64,000 nucleotides of DNA from Nitrospirota bacterium (GTDB lineage Bacteria > Nitrospirota > Thermodesulfovibrionia > Thermodesulfovibrionales > JdFR-88). Below are positions 59,217 through 64,000 of the stretch, piece after piece; positions within the stretch are counted from its first letter, which is position 1; each line of letters opens with the position of its first letter. The notes beneath the pieces were generated by a model, which saw only the letters and a list, made by a program, of their open reading frames with translations, did not search any database and was not told the origin of the DNA. The translations under genes were made by a program, and so were the position numbers. The DNA lies in assembly GCA_021789935.1 (NCBI GenBank), contig JAJYIR010000013.1, positions 1,651-65,650 of the forward strand, read 5' to 3'.

Positions 59217-62200
59217 ATGGGAATGGCCACGGGGAAATGGCGGCGCATGAGGCCGTCGCCCGCCGTAAAAAAAACCGTTGCGGCACTCCTGGCATTGCTT
59301 TTTGTTTTTTCGGTGACCGGTTTTTTTATCCTGCCCCCGGTCCTTAAATCCTACCTTACAAAAAAACTCTCGACACAGCTGCATCGCGAGGTCTCTATAC
59401 GGCAGATAAAGGTGAACCCCTTCATGCTATCGGTGACTGTCAAAGGGTTCAACGTCAGGGAGAGAAACGGGAAAGAAACATTTTTCTCCTTTGATAAACT
59501 GTACGTGAACCTCCAGAGCAGCTCCATCTTGAAGCGCGCCCTGGTCATACGCGAACTCCGGCTGGTGGGGCCATACCTGAATATCAGGCGCAACCCGGAC
59601 CTGCGCTATAACTTCTCGGACCTCCTTAAAAAGGGGCACAAAAAACCGGCTTCCGCCCCAATGCGATTTTCGGTGAACAACATACAAATATTGAACGGCA
59701 GTGCCGATTTCCTTGACAACCTGAAACATGTGCTCCACACAGTGAGAGGTCTTAACCTGACCATCCCCTTTATCTCCGACATGCCCTATTATACTGATAC
59801 CTTTGTGCAGCCTTCCTTTGAGGCCATGGTTAACAACGAATGGGTCTCTTTCAAAGGGAAGACCAAACCTTTTGCAAAATCCCTGGAAACCTCAGTGGAT
59901 TTGCGTGTAAAGGACCTTGACCTTACCCACTACCTGGCCTATTTCCCTTTCAAGATGGATTTTGGGGTCCCTTCAGGCCATCTGGATGTCAACACCCATG
60001 TCACCTATGTCCAATATAAAGACCGGGCCCCGTCGCTTGGCCTGTCCGGCGATATCGCGCTTAAAAAACTGAAGGTGGTAGACAGAAGCGGCAGGCCCGT
60101 GGCAGATTTCCCCATGATAGGTGTATCTGTAACCTCTTCTGACCTGTTTTCGGAAAAGGCGCACCTCTCGAAGCTGGTTCTCCTGTCGCCCAAGGTAGAT
60201 GTTGTCCGCGGCCGCGGCGGCAGGATGAATATAATGGCCTTGCTGCCCCAAAAAAAGAAGGGAGGAACTCCGGGCACGAAAGAGAAAAAAGCCCCCCTGA
60301 TACAAGCCGACGAGATGACCATCAGGGACGGGAAGCTGGTCTTTACGGACCGGGTGGCCGGGAAGGAGTTTCGAACGAGGATCGATCCTTTGCAGGTGAA
60401 GGTCAGCCATTTTACTACGGCCCCCGGGGAAAAATCGGCGGTGGAGCTGTCGCTTGAAACGGAGGCGCATGAATCGCTCCGGGCGAGCGGTGATTTCTCC
60501 GTCATGCCGTTTTCCGCGGACGGCGAAATTAAGCTGAAACAGGTGCTCCTTAAAAAGTACGCACCCTATTACAGGAAGATGGTGCGGTTCGATATCACAG
60601 ACGGCAAACTGGGGGTGGCAACCCGCTTTTCCTATGCAGGCTCCAAAGAGTCCCCGGCGGCGCGCCTTTCTGACATGTCGATAAGCCTGGACAGGCTGAG
60701 ACTGAAAAAACGGGGTGAAAAGAAAGATTTTCTAAACATGCCGGTTGTTGCCGTCAAGGGTGCGGATGTCGATCTGCTGAAAAGGACGCTGGCCGCCGGC
60801 GAGATCAAAACTGAAAAAGGGACGGTTGTAGTGGAGCGTCGAAAAGACGGCACGCTGAACCTGGAGGGCCTTCTGGCCGGGCTGCCGAAAGGCCACGCCA
60901 AGACGGAAAGCCGGAACAAGGGCGGCACCCCGGTTTCAGTTAAATCTCCCGCGTGGCTTATTACCCTCAAAAAAGTCTCTGTCGATGGTTTAGGGGTAAA
61001 GATGAAGGATTCGGCAGCTCCTTCGCCTGTGAGCTATTCGGTGGATCGCATCAGGCTCAAAGGGAGGAATATATCAACGGCCAAGGGCAGCAGGGGCAGC
61101 GTCTGGCTGAGCTGCAGACTAGGCGGAAGAGGAAGCCTGACGGCACGGGGAATAGTGGGTATCGTCCCGGTTGCCCTCCGGGCAAGGCTCGATCTCAGGG
61201 GGGTTGATATCATCCCCTTTCAGCCCTATTTCACCAACAGGGTCAAGATACTCGTTACCGGCGGCGCTGTTTCAACCGATGGAACTCTTGGCCTTCGGTA
61301 TTTCCGAGGCGCAGTGGCCGCGTCCTACAAAGGAGCAGCTTCTCTTTTGCACTTCTCATCTCTGGATAAGGCCAAGGGCGACGAATTCCTGAAATGGGAT
61401 TCCCTTCATCTTGGCGCCATGTCTGTAAGTTACAGTCCGCTTAGCGTTCATATAGGCCAGGTTGCTCTTTCAGACTTCTATTCGCGCCTCATCATAGAGC
61501 AGGACGGCTCCATCAACCTGCGGGGAATTTTTTTGAAGCGGGGCTCCGCCGGGTCTTCCGATTCTCAGCAGCAGGGCCGGGGAGTTGTCGGAAAATATGG
61601 TAATACTCCGGGGTTGAAGATGGCACGTAATACTCCGGGGCAGAAGATGGTCAGGATCGATGCGGTTACGCTCCAGGGCGGCACGATCAACTTCTCTGAC
61701 AGGCATATACAGCCGAACTATTCGGCGAACCTCCTGGAGATAGGCGGCCGCATATCGGGGCTCTCTTCGGCGGAGAACACAGCGGCCGATGTGGATCTCA
61801 GGGGAAAGCTTGACAACTACGCGCCGCTTGAGATCACCGGGAAAATAAACCCGCTGAGGAAGGACCTCTACGTGGATTTGAGGGCGGACTTCAGGGATAT
61901 GGATATGAGCTCCCTCACCCCGTATTCAGGAAGGCATATCGGCTATACGATCCGGAAGGGTAAACTCTTTCTTTCCCTTGAGTACCTCATTGTGAAAAAG
62001 AAGCTTGAGGCCCAGAACCGTATCTTTCTCGACCAGCTCACCCTCGGCAAAAAGGTGGAAAGTCCCAAGGCAACCAAGCTGCCGGTGAGGCTCGCCATCG
62101 CACTGCTTAAGGACCGGAATGGAGAAATAAATCTGGATGTCCCGGTAACGGGATATATCAATGACCCGAAGTTCAGTCTGGGCAGGATCATTTTGAAGAT

Positions 62201-62837
62201 ACTTGTGAATATCCTGGTCAAGGCTGCCACGTCGCCATTTACCCTGCTCAGCAATTTATTCGGGGGAGGAGCGGACCTCAGCCATGTGGAGTTCGGCGCG
62301 GGCACGGCCGCCATCAGCGGCGATCAGGCAAAAAAATTGGACGCCGTTGAAAAAGCGCTCTATAGCAGGCCGTCGCTGAAGCTGGAAATCGAAGGATATG
62401 CAGACCCTGAAAAGGATAGGGAAGGGTTGAGGCAATATATCTTTGACAGGAAGGTGGAATTCCAGAAATGGAAAGATATGGCGGCCAAGGGCGGACAGAC
62501 GATTCCGGTGGGCGAGGTGAAGGTGGGCAAGGACGAGTATCCCAAATATCTGAAAAAGGCCTACAAGGCGGAGAAATTTCCGAAGCCCAGAAATATCTTC
62601 GGCTTTGCCAAGAGCCTGCCCGTGCCCGAAATGGAAAAGCTGATGCTTACCAATATCCGGGTTAAGGATTCCGATCTGAGGGCGCTGGCCTCCCGCCGGG
62701 CACTGGCAGTGAAGGACTATATCCTGAAATCCGGGAAAGTTGATCCGAAGCGGATTTTCCTGGTGGAGGCAAAGTCTTTGAGCCCTGAAAAGAAACAGAA
62801 GCTCAGTGACAGCAGGGTGGACCTCAAGCTCAAGTAG
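59217..62837 (+). CDS. DUF748 / AsmA-like giant envelope protein with a split OmpA-like C-terminal segment
   Basis: N-terminal signal anchor, about 1000 aa of repetitive beta-rich sequence, and a C-terminus EIEGYADP...LASRRALAVKDYILKSG. The start could be 59217, 59223 or 59247. Confidence 0.8.
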   Translation: MGMATGKWRRMRPSPAVKKTVAALLALLFVFSVTGFFILPPVLKSYLTKKLSTQLHREVSIRQIKVNPFMLSVTVKGFNVRERNGKETFFSFDKLYVNLQSSSILKRALVIRELRLVGPYLNIRRNPDLRYNFSDLLKKGHKKPASAPMRFSVNNIQILNGSADFLDNLKHVLHTVRGLNLTIPFISDMPYYTDTFVQPSFEAMVNNEWVSFKGKTKPFAKSLETSVDLRVKDLDLTHYLAYFPFKMDFGVPSGHLDVNTHVTYVQYKDRAPSLGLSGDIALKKLKVVDRSGRPVADFPMIGVSVTSSDLFSEKAHLSKLVLLSPKVDVVRGRGGRMNIMALLPQKKKGGTPGTKEKKAPLIQADEMTIRDGKLVFTDRVAGKEFRTRIDPLQVKVSHFTTAPGEKSAVELSLETEAHESLRASGDFSVMPFSADGEIKLKQVLLKKYAPYYRKMVRFDITDGKLGVATRFSYAGSKESPAARLSDMSISLDRLRLKKRGEKKDFLNMPVVAVKGADVDLLKRTLAAGEIKTEKGTVVVERRKDGTLNLEGLLAGLPKGHAKTESRNKGGTPVSVKSPAWLITLKKVSVDGLGVKMKDSAAPSPVSYSVDRIRLKGRNISTAKGSRGSVWLSCRLGGRGSLTARGIVGIVPVALRARLDLRGVDIIPFQPYFTNRVKILVTGGAVSTDGTLGLRYFRGAVAASYKGAASLLHFSSLDKAKGDEFLKWDSLHLGAMSVSYSPLSVHIGQVALSDFYSRLIIEQDGSINLRGIFLKRGSAGSSDSQQQGRGVVGKYGNTPGLKMARNTPGQKMVRIDAVTLQGGTINFSDRHIQPNYSANLLEIGGRISGLSSAENTAADVDLRGKLDNYAPLEITGKINPLRKDLYVDLRADFRDMDMSSLTPYSGRHIGYTIRKGKLFLSLEYLIVKKKLEAQNRIFLDQLTLGKKVESPKATKLPVRLAIALLKDRNGEINLDVPVTGYINDPKFSLGRIILKILVNILVKAATSPFTLLSNLFGGGADLSHVEFGAGTAAISGDQAKKLDAVEKALYSRPSLKLEIEGYADPEKDREGLRQYIFDRKVEFQKWKDMAAKGGQTIPVGEVKVGKDEYPKYLKKAYKAEKFPKPRNIFGFAKSLPVPEMEKLMLTNIRVKDSDLRALASRRALAVKDYILKSGKVDPKRIFLVEAKSLSPEKKQKLSDSRVDLKLK

Positions 62838-63261
62838 ACACTTAAAGAGTTGAGTTGATGATTAGATAAGGTTTAATGCTGAAGCAACGGCATATCACCT
62901 GAGACACACAAAAAAGGCCCTGACGCAACATGCCATGGTCTACTTCCCTTTAGCGGGAAGTTCATGAAAAACCGGGAGTTTGCTGCACGCAGTTTCTAAA
63001 AGGTATAGTGTGCACTTGATATATCGGAATAATTTCAGGACAAAACTTTTAATCCGGACCGCTCCGATATTCTCAGGATAGCGGATTTGAGGAAGATCCG
63101 GATTTTCATAATTATTGATAAATTTTATTCCCGCCGGGAGTGACGAATTTGAGGCTTTTTCATTTCGGCATTTGAAAAAATAAATCAAAGGGTCCTTTTT
63201 ACCTTAATCATTGAACAGTAAAATTCGAAAAATTTGTTTTTTAAATATCCGTAGAAATCAA

Positions 63262-64000
63262 TTATTTCCTGGCTGACATCAGGCGCTTATAGAGCACTTC
63301 AGTCTCGGGAGCAGGTTTGATACCTAATTCATCGGCCAGTATTTTTTTACAGTGACGGTAAACGGAAATCGCTTCAGAATTACGGCCAAGCCGCATATAG
63401 CAGGTCATAAGATGCTGATAAAATTCCTCAGCCATGCCGTCCACTTCAATTGCCCGCTGATAATACTGGACGGCTTTTTCATAGTTGCCCGATCGTTCCC
63501 TATGCCAGCCCAATGCCCTGATAAGACTAAGATATTTATTTTGCAAGCGCTCCCGCATTGGCGCTATCCAGGCATGTCCGGTATCCAGAGAAAGAAATTG
63601 GCCTTTATAAAGCGCGAAGGCCTTCTCCATATTCTCCACTTGCGTCTCCTCCGCTTTCAAAAAGGCCCGTTCAAATGCCAAGGCATCAACCCAACAGCGC
63701 CGCGCCTTCAGTGAAACCCTTCCTTCCCGGAATTCCACCGCGTCATTGCCGATCAACCGGCGAAGACGCGACAAGGCCATCTTGAAAGCATTGTGCGCGG
63801 TGTCTCCTTCCGCCTCCGGCCAGAGGAGATCAAAAAGTTGTTCCTGCCTTATCTCTTTTCCGCCGAGGGCGATAATGGCCTTGAGCATGCTTAAGGGCCT
63901 TTGCTGCACTTTGCTGGAAAACACAAGAGGTTTGGCGTCTTTTTCCACTATGAAAGTCCCAAGTGTGTAAATTTTCAGCGGCCACGGCCAATTTTCGATA
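63262..64000 (-). CDS. SARP/BTAD-type transcriptional activator, truncated by the window edge
   Basis: Winged-helix part (IYTLGTFIVEKDAKPLVF...LLWPE...A.NAFKMALSRLRRLIG) and BTAD/TPR part. The frame stays open upstream of the track's GTG as far as position 64000. Confidence 0.8.
   Translation of the reverse strand, partial: IENWPWPLKIYTLGTFIVEKDAKPLVFSSKVQQRPLSMLKAIIALGGKEIRQEQLFDLLWPEAEGDTAHNAFKMALSRLRRLIGNDAVEFREGRVSLKARRCWVDALAFERAFLKAEETQVENMEKAFALYKGQFLSLDTGHAWIAPMRERLQNKYLSLIRALGWHRERSGNYEKAVQYYQRAIEVDGMAEEFYQHLMTCYMRLGRNSEAISVYRHCKKILADELGIKPAPETEVLYKRLMSARK

Noticed and set aside
62940-63188. An 82-aa minus-strand ORF in the AT-rich spacer downstream of the SARP gene.
   Set aside because: It has a TTG start and no Shine-Dalgarno. 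Its composition is AT-biased and unlike the neighbouring genes, and no family resemblance was seen.
1-64000. A search by eye for tRNA T-loops (GTTCGAATC-like), rRNA, CRISPR repeats, transposase/integrase genes and toxin-antitoxin or defence cassettes.
   Set aside because: None was found. The GTTCGAA-like strings seen (for example near 35350 and 3745) lie inside coding sequence and have no cloverleaf context.

Overview
This is a contiguous, gene-dense, moderately GC-rich chromosomal segment. Gene content points to an anaerobic diderm bacterium of Desulfobacterota/Nitrospirota-like type: lapB-like, lgt, an AsmA-like gene, type IV pilins, sigma54 promoters and a HARP-type PIN protein. The lineage call is inference only.

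About 60 protein genes are supported, and most are housekeeping:
- ribH-nusB
- a Crp/Fnr-linked small redox locus
- tlpA
- two GT-C glycosyltransferase-like membrane proteins next to two type IV pilin genes
- a 1462-aa fused BcrA/BadF-type activase protein
- a trehalose/alpha-glucan cluster (treT, treZ, GH57-DUF3536, treY, malQ) followed by lgt
- leuD-leuB
- a nine-gene sigma54-driven operon that joins signalling proteins to a NuoEFG/HydABC-like flavin iron-sulfur module
- argG, dprA, topA, a ccsA-like gene with hemA-hemC, nadD-rsfS-rlmH and a lapAB-like fusion
- a HARP-like RNA-free RNase P homolog
- a flavoprotein plus Fur-family locus, DUF4197, a 1206-aa DUF748/AsmA-like protein, and a SARP/BTAD regulator cut by the right edge

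I saw no rRNA, tRNA, CRISPR array, transposase, integrase or obvious defence genes.

Several ORF-track starts were trimmed using Shine-Dalgarno positions, promoters and family N-termini. Two conserved-looking micro-ORFs shorter than the track cut-off were added: a bS22-like protein and a Zn-ribbon protein.

The most interesting signals are:
- the signalling-embedded NuoEFG-like operon, with REC-NuoE and REC-GcvH-like fusions
- the pilin/GT-C operon
- the GH57 gene sitting where treX normally sits
- the HARP gene
- a recurrent CAAAAA-type A-rich tract found both between genes and in frame inside genes
- an orphan promoter-terminator pair
- several precisely positioned regulator boxes

All homology statements come from reading the translated sequences against remembered family motifs. 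No database search was run.
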